This document shows positions 16,217 to 24,773 of a stretch of 32,000 nucleotides of DNA, one piece after another. The notes under the pieces were generated by a model. The model saw only the letters and a list, made by a program, of their open reading frames with translations. It was not told the DNA's origin and ran no database searches. The position numbers and the translations under genes are program-made. The first letter of the stretch is position 1; each line of letters begins with the position of its first letter. Origin of the DNA: an uncultured Chloroflexia bacterium (GTDB lineage Bacteria; Chloroflexota; Anaerolineae; Anaerolineales; Anaerolineaceae); NCBI GenBank assembly GCA_963704755.1, contig OY969938.1, forward strand, positions 2,400,001 to 2,432,000, written 5' to 3'.

Positions 16217-17401
16217 TCATGGAACCCGGGAGAATGCCGCCAGCCGAAGGCCATAGTTTACTAGAAGAATACCCCCAGGAACGGTTACGACGTCATCAAC
16301 AATACCCACCACTGTCGCGTCTTCTACAATTGTGACAACTACAATTGTTCCACCAGCCAATATAAGGACTGTACCACAAGCCGTACCAAAATCAATAGCA
16401 TAAGCAGGTTGATAAGGTTGTGAACTTGGAACCCAATTGCGTGGCCTGAGCAATCGTTTATTTGGAACCAGACCCGCTAGTGGTTTTCCTAAGAGAACGG
16501 GCGCAAGTGCATTGGGCTCAATCCAATAAGCTATGACCCCGTTCCCAACATAGTCGGCGACTAAATCCACAAAAGGAAATGCTAGACTGAGCGGAGTTTT
16601 TCTATACTTGCCTGGCCAATCTGAACCTAGGCCAATATGAAATGGCGTTTGATTCCAATCATAATCACCACCTAACAAATGGTTCCCCAGTAATAGATTG
16701 GCTTGAGCTGCTATAGATAAATCTGCAACATATCCTTGAACCTGAATAGCTCCCGATGCAATTAATAATATGGGTTCAATTTCGTAGACATCGCCTGTCA
16801 GTGAGTTGAACATGTCAGGATGCCTAAAAGGTGTGCCAGGGACCGGATACTCTAATTGTTTGCTGGGATTAAAACCATACATGGCTTCGTAGTAATCTTC
16901 AATTGGCATATGGTACATAGGTTCTGCAAGCCACCAACGCCACATACCACCAGGATCAATGAAATTGACAGGATTTCCTTCAACGTAATTCCAGCGATTT
17001 AGCGATGTGGGATTGTAATAGTCCCCCAGCCAGGAGTTTTTTGAGATAAATCGACCTGTTGAGAGAGATAGGTATCTTGATCGCAAGTAGATCAGCCCGG
17101 TCTGTGGATCATAATTTTCCCCGGTAAAGGCATAATCCGTCTCGGCCTCCCCATCACTGGCCAATACTTCCCCATACGGTTCGTAGCTGCGGTTTAGGCG
17201 TACTTCACCCGCCTCGTCCACCAACTGGCGCACCGAGCCAAGCGCATCGCCAATAAAATACTCCGTCGAGGCGGTGCCCGCTTGTTCCAGCCGGCCGTTT
17301 CCGTAAAGGTAAGTCCGTGCTCCCTCTGCCAATACCTGGGTGAATGTCCAAAAGGCATACTCCACACTGGCGTTTAGATCCAGGGTATATTGAATGGTCA
17401 T
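16217..17401 (-). CDS. C2: orphan rhs C-terminal module with a PD-(D/E)xK-like tip (E-I-E variant) and a hydrophobic tail
   Basis: ATG at 17399-17401. The B-type core ends at ...NFIDPGGM and the tip starts at ~16942. Motifs are LEYPVPG ... PDMFNSLTGDVYEIEP (E-I-E at 16775-16783). The tail is QPYQPAY plus a long hydrophobic stretch. YD-repeat homology continues upstream to ~17545 but contains an in-frame TAA (17486-17488). Confidence 0.75.
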   Translation of the reverse strand: MTIQYTLDLNASVEYAFWTFTQVLAEGARTYLYGNGRLEQAGTASTEYFIGDALGSVRQLVDEAGEVRLNRSYEPYGEVLASDGEAETDYAFTGENYDPQTGLIYLRSRYLSLSTGRFISKNSWLGDYYNPTSLNRWNYVEGNPVNFIDPGGMWRWWLAEPMYHMPIEDYYEAMYGFNPSKQLEYPVPGTPFRHPDMFNSLTGDVYEIEPILLIASGAIQVQGYVADLSIAAQANLLLGNHLLGGDYDWNQTPFHIGLGSDWPGKYRKTPLSLAFPFVDLVADYVGNGVIAYWIEPNALAPVLLGKPLAGLVPNKRLLRPRNWVPSSQPYQPAYAIDFGTACGTVLILAGGTIVVVTIVEDATVVGIVDDVVTVPGGILLVNYGLRLAAFSRVP

Positions 17402-17672
17402 GCCGTTCTCGAATTGGCGGAGCCGGTCGCCCAGGCCGTTGTAGGCGTAGCCTGCGGTCAGGCCGCTGCCGCTGACCGCGGTCAGTTAGTTGGCCTGATT
17501 GTAAGGGTAGGAATACACACCATCGCTCAGGAGATTCCTATTTTAGGCCAAGGTAAAGTCCACATCGCTGTATCACGAAGGGAAGATAATCACTTAATCG
17601 GTATTGCCTTATCATCGATGAAACTGTTTTCTCGATTGCTTAATTCGAAGAATTTATTAATGGCAATAATAT

Positions 17673-18101
17673 CTAATGATCCCTACTCTGCAAATCCTCG
17701 GCCGATAATTTTCGTAGAATTTGTATGTGGCAATCAATAGAATCTCTTTCGAAATTTGCTCTTGCCATATCACGATTTATTCGATATGGATTGTTAGCCA
17801 TAATGGTATCAAATAGGTCGCTATGAATATATATTGTTATTGCAACTACCTTTATAGGTATTTCTTGGCTAAGTAAGCAAGTAAGAATTTCTTCCGCCAA
17901 TAACTTAATATTAAGCTCGCCTTTTATGTTTCTTGATGATATTGGGTTATTTTCGCTATGGAACCAAGAAATATTGACTTTATCATTTCCTGCCACCTGC
18001 ATTGTAAAAGTCAGATTGATTATAAATAAAGGTAAATTTTGCTCTTCAAATAGCGAAATGATTTTCTGCAACAATTCAGTGATTTTCAAATTGATTGGCA
18101 T
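17673..18101 (-). CDS. Putative immunity protein for the C1 tip (142 aa, unknown family)
   Basis: The ATG lies 33 nt downstream of the C1 stop and is preceded by AGGAG. AT-rich. Confidence 0.5.
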   Translation of the reverse strand: MPINLKITELLQKIISLFEEQNLPLFIINLTFTMQVAGNDKVNISWFHSENNPISSRNIKGELNIKLLAEEILTCLLSQEIPIKVVAITIYIHSDLFDTIMANNPYRINRDMARANFERDSIDCHIQILRKLSAEDLQSRDH

Positions 18102-18134
18102 TTTTTCTCCTGGAGCGTTAAGAAGGGTACTAGA

Positions 18135-19547
18135 CTACGGCGTTACAAAAACTAGTGGGGGAAAAAGACAAAATTCTGTAATTTTATAACCAAGATAAAT
18201 TATTATAGGTACTGACAAGTAAATTGTCACTTCGGGATTAGGCAATTCTACAGAGTAAGCAGGTTGAGGCGAGAGTCCATTTTTCGGTACCCATCCCTGT
18301 CTTTCATTTCTGGTCGATGTTTCCATTGGCCGTGTAAGATGAATAGGATCAAGCACGGGAACATTAACTGGTTTTGGCCGCCTATATTTCCACCATACAA
18401 TAACACCTGGCATAGGTTGACCAGCATATAAGTCAAATTGACCTGTATCATCATTTCCCAGAAAAACCTCGGAAGGGAAAGAATAACCTTCTACCCAAAA
18501 GGGTGGAAATATATTCCAGTCATATATCATACCAACTGGATTAAATCCTGTTAGCAACAAATTTTCATGAGCATCTTCTAATTCAATTAATCGTGGCTGA
18601 AGCTCTAATAGAGCTTCATTTTGATCAGCCCATGGTTTTATTTCCCAAACTTCTCCTGAAAGAGAATCTAACAGGTCAACTTTAGTTCCTAAAGGCGGAA
18701 TCGGATATTCAGCATGAATTTGATCTATACACCCCATCATTGCAATTTCTTGAACACGGACTGAAACATTTTGAGATTGGAATCTATTCCTTGAAGAATT
18801 TAGAAGTGATTCACCAGGCCCCCAAAAGTAATGGCCTGAGGGGTCTAATCTCGATAATGGATTATTTGCTGTATAAACCCACAATGAAACCGTTTGAGGC
18901 AATAATTCTTTAATGGGCCATATATCCTTGCTAACAAACCTCCCATCCGTCGAGTCGTAGTACCTCGCCCGCAAATAAACCAGCCCGGTCAACGAATCAT
19001 AATCTTCTCCGGTAAAAGCGTAAACTGTGGACGCGGTTCCTACGCTTTCAAGCACCTCTCCATAGGGCGTGTAGCTCTGCGTCAAAGTGACCTCGCCCTC
19101 CTCGTCGGTCATCTGCCTCACCGACCCTAGTGTGTCCGTCAGGAAGTAACCGGAATGAGTTTCACTCACCTGGGCAATGCGGTTTACACCATAAACGTAG
19201 GTATTTGTCCCATCCTGAAGTACCTGGGTCAGCCCGGCGTTCAGGTCCAGGGTATAGGTCTTCAGTATGTCACTGGTGGTAGAGGCCAAGCAGTCTCCCT
19301 GGCCGTTATAGCTATAGCTGCTAATCACGGACCCCTGATTATTAATTGATATCAGCCGGTTGGCGTGGTCGTATGTGTAGGCATAGGTCCCATCGTTCAG
19401 CAAATTGTCGTTATCATCCCACTGGTATTCGGTCTCATTGACATTGGTCAGCCGGTTGGCAGCGTCGTAGCTATAGCTGGTCGTCCCGGCGGCAGTCGTT
19501 TCGCTCAGGCGGTTACCGACTGCATCGATCGTGATCGTCATGGACAA
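18135..19547 (-). CDS. C1: rhs C-terminal module truncated at its 5' end by an IS630 remnant; PD-(D/E)xK-like nuclease tip with a hydrophobic tail
   Basis: YD repeats plus an A-type core ending ...NNPLSRLDPSGH, with the tip from ~18830. Motifs are AEYPIPP ... VDLLDSLSGEVWEIKP (E-I-K at 18636-18644). The tail is LSPQPAY plus a hydrophobic stretch. The 5' end abuts IS630 sequence at ~19525-19540. Confidence 0.8.
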   Translation of the reverse strand: MSMTITIDAVGNRLSETTAAGTTSYSYDAANRLTNVNETEYQWDDNDNLLNDGTYAYTYDHANRLISINNQGSVISSYSYNGQGDCLASTTSDILKTYTLDLNAGLTQVLQDGTNTYVYGVNRIAQVSETHSGYFLTDTLGSVRQMTDEEGEVTLTQSYTPYGEVLESVGTASTVYAFTGEDYDSLTGLVYLRARYYDSTDGRFVSKDIWPIKELLPQTVSLWVYTANNPLSRLDPSGHYFWGPGESLLNSSRNRFQSQNVSVRVQEIAMMGCIDQIHAEYPIPPLGTKVDLLDSLSGEVWEIKPWADQNEALLELQPRLIELEDAHENLLLTGFNPVGMIYDWNIFPPFWVEGYSFPSEVFLGNDDTGQFDLYAGQPMPGVIVWWKYRRPKPVNVPVLDPIHLTRPMETSTRNERQGWVPKNGLSPQPAYSVELPNPEVTIYLSVPIIIYLGYKITEFCLFPPLVFVTP

Positions 19548-19857
19548 CTTGAATACGCACTCGCCGATCTCTTTTTATGAAACTCACGAGCAAGACGAAG
19601 CTCGACGGCGCATTGATCGCTTCGAATTCCATTTCACACCGAAGCATGGTAGTTGGCTGGATATGGCTGAAATCGAGTTGGAGGTCTTGATCCACCAGTG
19701 CCTTTCTCGACGTATTTCCGATAAGGCCGTTTTAGAATCTGAAGTGGCTGCCTGGCAAAACAACCGCAATGCCAAGCTAGTCAAAATCAATTGGCGCTTC
19801 ACAACGGCTGATGCCCGTTTCAAGCCAAAAAACCTCTATCCCGAGATTCACCTTTGA
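19531..19857 (+). mobile_element. IS630-family transposase, C-terminal ~108 aa only (remnant)
   Basis: IVMDNLNTHS...FEFHFTPKHGSWLDMAEIELEVL...QCLSRRI matches the DDE C-terminal part of IS630/Tc1-like transposases. The N-terminal ~2/3 is absent and is replaced by antisense RHS sequence. Confidence 0.75.
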
Positions 19858-19871
19858 CAGACCACATTAGT

Positions 19872-20240
19872 TCACCAAACCCATAACTCATTTACTTTAT
19901 CCCTATATGTGGCGGCTTCAGCTGTAACATAGCTTTCTGGTGTTAACGAGATGAAAAGTGAATATTTGTTTCCAAACATGATTACTATCGATTTTCCTTC
20001 CTCGATAGTGGCCGAGACTATTATCTGACCAATACACTCGAGAAGTAGATTACAAAAATCTTTGGATTCGCGTTTATGTGATATTCCATTAACAAGGATT
20101 TCAGGGTCCGTAATTGCCGTTAAGACGGGACCATCGAATCGAAATTGAATATAATCTCTAACGAATTCTATCGAACTCAACTCGTCATTTATTAATTCAC
20201 TAAACGGATTTTCTTTTGGTTTATTAACTACCCCATTCAT
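19872..20240 (-). CDS. Putative immunity protein for the C0 tip (122 aa)
   Basis: The ATG at 20238-20240 lies 9 nt after the corrected toxin stop (TAA 20250-20252). It is preceded by AAGGAG. AT-rich. Confidence 0.55.
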   Translation of the reverse strand: MNGVVNKPKENPFSELINDELSSIEFVRDYIQFRFDGPVLTAITDPEILVNGISHKRESKDFCNLLLECIGQIIVSATIEEGKSIVIMFGNKYSLFISLTPESYVTAEAATYRDKVNELWVW

Positions 20241-20249
20241 TGGATCTCC

Positions 20250-21297
20250 TTATTCTGCACGGAAAGGCAAATGCCACCAAGAATCTGCTTTGTTGATAGT
20301 TTTTCCTGTGTAGGGATTAATTGACTGTCCGGATTTATTATAATAAGAAGCATATCCGTTAGGATAACCACGCCAGGAGAGGGTGGTTGAGGATTTGTCG
20401 GATCCATAATTCGGACACCATATGCGCTGTCACTGAGTCCATTTCCTCCATTTCCTCCTTCATATCTTAAATCCTTTTCCAGATTTAACTGGGCTAGGTC
20501 CTGTTGCGCCATTTGGTATAATAATTGAATCTTCGCCCGGTGATACAATAAAATCCGGTGAGTTTGAAGACTTAATCGTTGGCGGCTGAGGTATGGCATC
20601 GTTATTGGCTGTTGAGGTGGTTTTCGGTAGTGAATAGTAGCTTCCAAACTCAAGTGCTGAACTTCCTCCTGTGATCCATAAGCCAGCTGAGAATAAATCG
20701 TTTTCAAAAACTTGTTGAGAAGCTTCCGGATTATTGATCAATTCTGCTTGAGGAGTATCTGCAGTAAGAAATGATGTTATTAAACCGGTGGCTACAACAG
20801 TTGTTATTATGCCCGCATTATCTACAATAAATGTTCCCACTGCAATACAAACTGCCAATAATGGGCCAACACAATGCCCCGTTGGATCGTTATAACGAAC
20901 GGGATTGTTGTTTGCATAGGAATAACGATCCCAATTCTGATCGCCTTGAATTTCGGGTATGATAGAATCAGGTTGAGTGAAACGCCCTAGCGCGCTGTCA
21001 TACCACCTCGCTCCATAATAATACAATCCGATCGAGTCTTCCTCTGCCCGGTGAACTGGTAATCGGTGGGCAAAGTTCCGCTGGTATACCGTGTCTCACC
21101 CTGACGGAGCACCCCAGAGCGTTTTTTGCGAGGGGGCAGGGCTTATACAACTGTTTGCTGTTCAGGCTGCCATCCGCGTTGGCCACCACACTGGTCGAGC
21201 CCAGGTGATCGTCCAGCAGGAAACAAATTTTTTCCTGCAATGGCAGTTGTATCCCCATTTGGCTACCTGCTATCCGTTGGCCCTCCAGAACTGCCAC
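20250..21297 (-). pseudogene. C0: rhs core end of a third lineage plus a toxin tip, broken by about four frameshifts
   Basis: Pieces read in three frames: LLDDHLGSTSVVANADGSLNSKQLYKP / GETRYTSGTLPTDYQFTGQR / EDSIGLYYYGARWYDSALGRFTQPDSIIP...NNPVRYNDPTGH. The tip from ~20873 has a hydrophobic segment. The tail is recovered in two further frames down to TAA 20250-20252. The breaks are near 21122-21127 (T6), ~21040, ~20465 and ~20365. Confidence 0.7.
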
Positions 21298-21321
21298 AGA
21301 AATTCTTCACAAATTTCATCA

Positions 21322-22297
21322 TCAATCGGGCCATATATCCCTCGGAGTTTGAAAAAAAAATGATTCTCCCTCATTGAGATATTGGCTATAGAATTCGTCT
21401 AAAGTTAAGCCAGTTGCAGTTTCTATTGGCAAGATATAGGGTTTGGAAACCGGATCATATTGTTCAGTTAATGATTCTAATGGAACAGTTTCTGTAGATG
21501 CCCTAAGATCAATCTCGACATCTATAGGACTTTCTGTTCTATAAAATGAAGGGCAAATTGTATATGTTTCTTTCCGATCTGTATTTCCTCCAGAAATAAT
21601 GAGGAACCCTTGTGAATCGTAGAACAACCATAATGTATAACCAACAATATCTTGCCCGGCACTTGTAGTCTGTAACCATATCCTGCCAGGTTTTCCATAA
21701 TGTTTCAGAATTTCTTCAGGAGAATAGTTTTTCCATAGTGGTAAGAACTGTTCCAAATTTTCATTCGAGAAGGTCCCGGCTTTAATACTGTAAATATAAC
21801 GGTCTTTCTCCTCGAACTCGATCCAATTAATAACTGTTTTCTTCTGAAGAAACAGAATCAAAATGCACCTCATGATGAATTTGATCCGTTGACCGAATCG
21901 TAGAAGTTGGTTCTATGCCCATATGTTTTAAAAGAGGCAAAGCCTCGTCCCAAGAGGTCTTTCCTGGCTCCATCCCCCACCAGCAGGGAAGCTTACAATC
22001 TTGGCTATCTGTAAACAGATCCAAAATGTACTTATCCCTCTGCTGAACTGTTAGAGTAGGTTCTAATGTCACTGTCACTTGGGGTATTTTATTCTCCGTG
22101 ATGATCCTTCCAATTTCCACAGTAGGTGTTTTTGATTGCTCTGTCGTACTGATAGGAGAGACCTCAACAGGGACTTTACTCTGTGTAGTTATTGGTAAAG
22201 GTAAATTTGATCAGGGATTACAACCCATAAGAGATAAACAGAACACTAGAATCAACAGAAGAGCACGAAAAAAAGAAAGATTTGAAGAGAATGTCAA
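21322..22297 (-). pseudogene. Lipoprotein with a CxLPCWWG domain (distant relative of the two metallopeptidase immunity proteins); disrupted, with no cognate toxin upstream
   Basis: Signal peptide plus lipobox FFRALLLILVFCLSLMGC starting at TTG 22295-22297. In-frame TGA at 22211-22213. Motif CKLPCWWGMEPGKTS. Frameshift in an A/T run at ~21837-21840 joins ORFs 21827..22120 and 21322..21873. Confidence 0.5.
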
Positions 22298-22300
22298 ACG

Positions 22301-23634
22301 AATTGTGTAAATGGATTGCACGCTAAAATCCCATCCGATTATCAAAACGGATGGCTAATTGGTTGAGAATAGTAGTCCAGTTAAAAATAGGTATAGCCCA
22401 CTTCTTGGTGATGTCCCGAGTGGCCAGGAAGAGCAGCTTGCGAGCCGCCTCGGGATTGGGGAAGCCGCCTTTGGTTTTGATGATTTTGCGTAACTGGCGG
22501 TTATACCCTTCCACGGTATTGGTGGTATAAATCAGGCGCCCGATCTCGGAGGGGTAAGCAAAGAAAGTAGCCAGGTCTTCCCAGTTGTTCTCCCAGGAGC
22601 GCGCCGCCACAGCATACTGAGCGCGCCATAGGTCGCCCAGTTTAGCCAGGTTCGCTTCGGCTGCCTCTCGTGTGGGTGCCTGATTGATGGCTTTTAGATC
22701 ATGCATAAACGCTTTACGATCTTTCCAGGAAATGTATTTCAGGCTATTGCGGATTTGGTGAATGATGCAACGTTGGATCTGGGCCTGGGGAAATACCGCC
22801 AACACGGCTTCCTTGAACCCGGCCAGGCCATCCATGCAGGCAATGAAAATATCCTTCACGCCACGATTTTGCAGATCGCTCACCACTGAGAGCCAGAAAT
22901 TGGCCGTTTCAGCTCCTGTACCGATCCAATGCCCTAAAATGGTCCCGATGGCCCCCTAAATCCACGCTTAAGACGATGTAGACCGCAGTATTCTCGACTT
23001 TTCCATTTTGTCGTAAGTTGGTGTGAATGGTATCCAGGTAAATAATAGCATAAATCGCGGCTAACGACCGGCTTTGCCGGGCTTCTACCAGGCTCCAGAC
23101 TTTATCGGTGATCGCACTGACCGTACTGGGCGAGACGTCCACTCCATACAGTTCTTCGAGCGTCCCTTGGATATCCCGGATCGACATGCCCCTGGCATAC
23201 ATGGCTATGATCTTGTCTTCCTACTCATTCGTGTTGGCGCTATGTTTCTTGATGATCTGTGGCTCGAACTCGCCATTTCGATCCCGGGGTAGCTGGATGG
23301 ACACTTCGCCGTCCGAGCTGCGTACCCTTTTGCTGTAATGCCCATTGCAGCTATCGCCAGAATTTCGCCCTTTAGCCTCGTATCGTTTGTAACCCAGTTG
23401 CTCGTCTATCTCCGCTTCCAGCATCTGCTCCAAAGTCCCGGCAAATAACCGCGCAAAGATGCCTTCTTTGCCGAAAATATCGTCCATTGATTTGGCTTTT
23501 GCCAATTCACGCTGCACTTCTTCCGCGTTGGGCAAGCTATTTTGAATTTCCGCGGGGGTAATTTGTTTTTTTTACCATTATTGGGGCTCCTTTTCGCCTT
23601 CCTTTATCTTATTTGGAATCCCATTTACACACTT
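22301..23634 (-). mobile_element. IS256-family insertion sequence (ends approximate) with a decayed transposase
   Basis: Imperfect terminal inverted repeats GTGTAAATGG-ATT (22305-22317) and AATCCCATTTACAC (23617-23630). The length of ~1.33 kb is typical of the family. No flanking direct repeat is evident. Confidence 0.75.
22323..23578 (-). pseudogene. IS256-family (Mutator-like) transposase, interrupted three times
   Basis: Motifs ...KIIAMYARGMSIRDIQ..., ...VDL.GHRD.ILGHWIG..., ...NRGVKDIFIACMDGLAGF..., ...IQRCIIHQIRNS.... The ATG is at 23576-23578. Interruptions are a frameshift in an 8-nt A/T run (23566-23573), an in-frame TAG (23221-23223) and a frameshift at ~22943. Confidence 0.85.
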
Positions 23635-24404
23635 TATCCTACACCCTCTCCCTGAATAAGTTTAAAATTATATAGTATTGCATCAAGCATCAACTCTTGT
23701 TGCCGAGGTCGGCTGATCGTTGCTTTATGGTCACCGAGTTGTGTCCCATAATATCCGAATTGAGCATGATTTCCGCCTTCAATTCGGACCCATTGTGTAT
23801 CTGTGGGTAAATATTGGGAAGTAGCTTCGACTTCCTCTTCACTGGCTAATCCATCGTTGGTCGCATAAATTTTTGTCACCATCAGAGATCTTTCGGATAA
23901 GTCGAACGCATCTTCTTTAGGGTGTGAGGTCCCGATCAGGATTAAACCATCCAAATGTTGATCATATTGGTAAGCGAAACGAGCTGCAATAGCTCCGCCC
24001 CGAGAATGCCCACCTACGACCCAGTATCGAAGCGTAGAATTTGATTTTTCGATTTCCAACGCCTGGTCCATAACGCTGGCTTGTTGGGATGCCAATGGCG
24101 CTGATCCGAACGGGAGCTTAATAATAAACGTATTGAAACCATCTTCGGCTAACGCCCTGGCCATAGGAGCATAGGCTTCCGGTGCAACTAAAGCCCCCGG
24201 AAAGAAAATGAATCCCGTTGGTTGCTGTATTCCGGTGGGGCGAAATTGTAGATAGTGATTTGTTTTTTCAACCGTAACCGCCCGACTATTTTCAAGTACT
24301 TCCGGATCGAATCCTCGAACACAATAAGAATTCGCCATCCAGAGAATAAAAAGCAATCCAAATGAAACCCAGATAATCCTGATTATTTTGTGAAAGCGAG
24401 ACAT
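23634..24404 (-). CDS. Membrane-anchored alpha/beta-fold hydrolase
   Basis: N-terminal TM helix. Nucleophile elbow GGHSRGG (GxSxG). A downstream Asp (ATNDG) and His (GGNHAQF) are consistent with a Ser-Asp-His triad. Confidence 0.7.
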   Translation of the reverse strand: MSRFHKIIRIIWVSFGLLFILWMANSYCVRGFDPEVLENSRAVTVEKTNHYLQFRPTGIQQPTGFIFFPGALVAPEAYAPMARALAEDGFNTFIIKLPFGSAPLASQQASVMDQALEIEKSNSTLRYWVVGGHSRGGAIAARFAYQYDQHLDGLILIGTSHPKEDAFDLSERSLMVTKIYATNDGLASEEEVEATSQYLPTDTQWVRIEGGNHAQFGYYGTQLGDHKATISRPRQQELMLDAILYNFKLIQGEGVG

Positions 24405-24409
24405 AATTT

Positions 24410-24517
24410 TTAATGGATGGCGATCGTAGCCAGTATACCCACACAGGCCAAAGAAAAAAATAGGCCGGCAACGAGAAACCGATTTCGAGTGGATAAGTGT
24501 TTAAAATTGTGAAGCAT
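24410..24517 (-). CDS. Possible 35-aa small membrane protein upstream of the hydrolase (below the ORF-track cutoff)
   Basis: ATG 24515-24517 with AGGAG ~12 nt upstream. The product MLHNFKHLSTRNRFLVAGLFFSLACVGILATIAIH has one TM helix. Its stop lies 5 nt before the hydrolase ATG. Confidence 0.3.
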   Translation of the reverse strand: MLHNFKHLSTRNRFLVAGLFFSLACVGILATIAIH

Positions 24518-24773
24518 TCTAGATTTACTCCTGTGATGTTTTTTCTAAATACGCATGTCTGAAGGCAACAGATAGGTCACTTCAAGGTGCATGGCATGTA
24601 CTAATACCAACCCATTGGCGCTTTGTCTGCGGGTGCATTCACGAAAGTCAAAGAGGTATGCCCTCTGGTCCGATCCAGCTCTGCCATTTTAGATCAAGTT
24701 ACAAAGGAAAGATATATACGAAAGTGTGGAAAAAGTGGGGTAGCAGGCAGTCCAGAAATGAAGGAAACTACTT

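Noticed and set aside
20237-20707. The 156-aa ORF overlapping the C0 tip, considered as an independent gene.
   Set aside because: Most of it is an out-of-frame reading of the toxin tip. Only its middle (YEGGNGG...PPSPG) is meaningful, as a frameshifted continuation of the toxin.
4133-21297. A CRISPR-like or other short-period repeat array suggested by the recurring conserved blocks.
   Set aside because: The repeat units are 1-2.3 kb protein-coding modules in one reading direction. There are no 25-40-bp direct repeats with unique spacers.
23566-23573. Programmed ribosomal frameshifting on the 8-nt A run at the start of the IS256-family transposase.
   Set aside because: The run is only 4 codons into the gene, so no meaningful upstream product would be made. 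The same gene has two further disruptions, and similar homopolymer breaks occur in unrelated genes.
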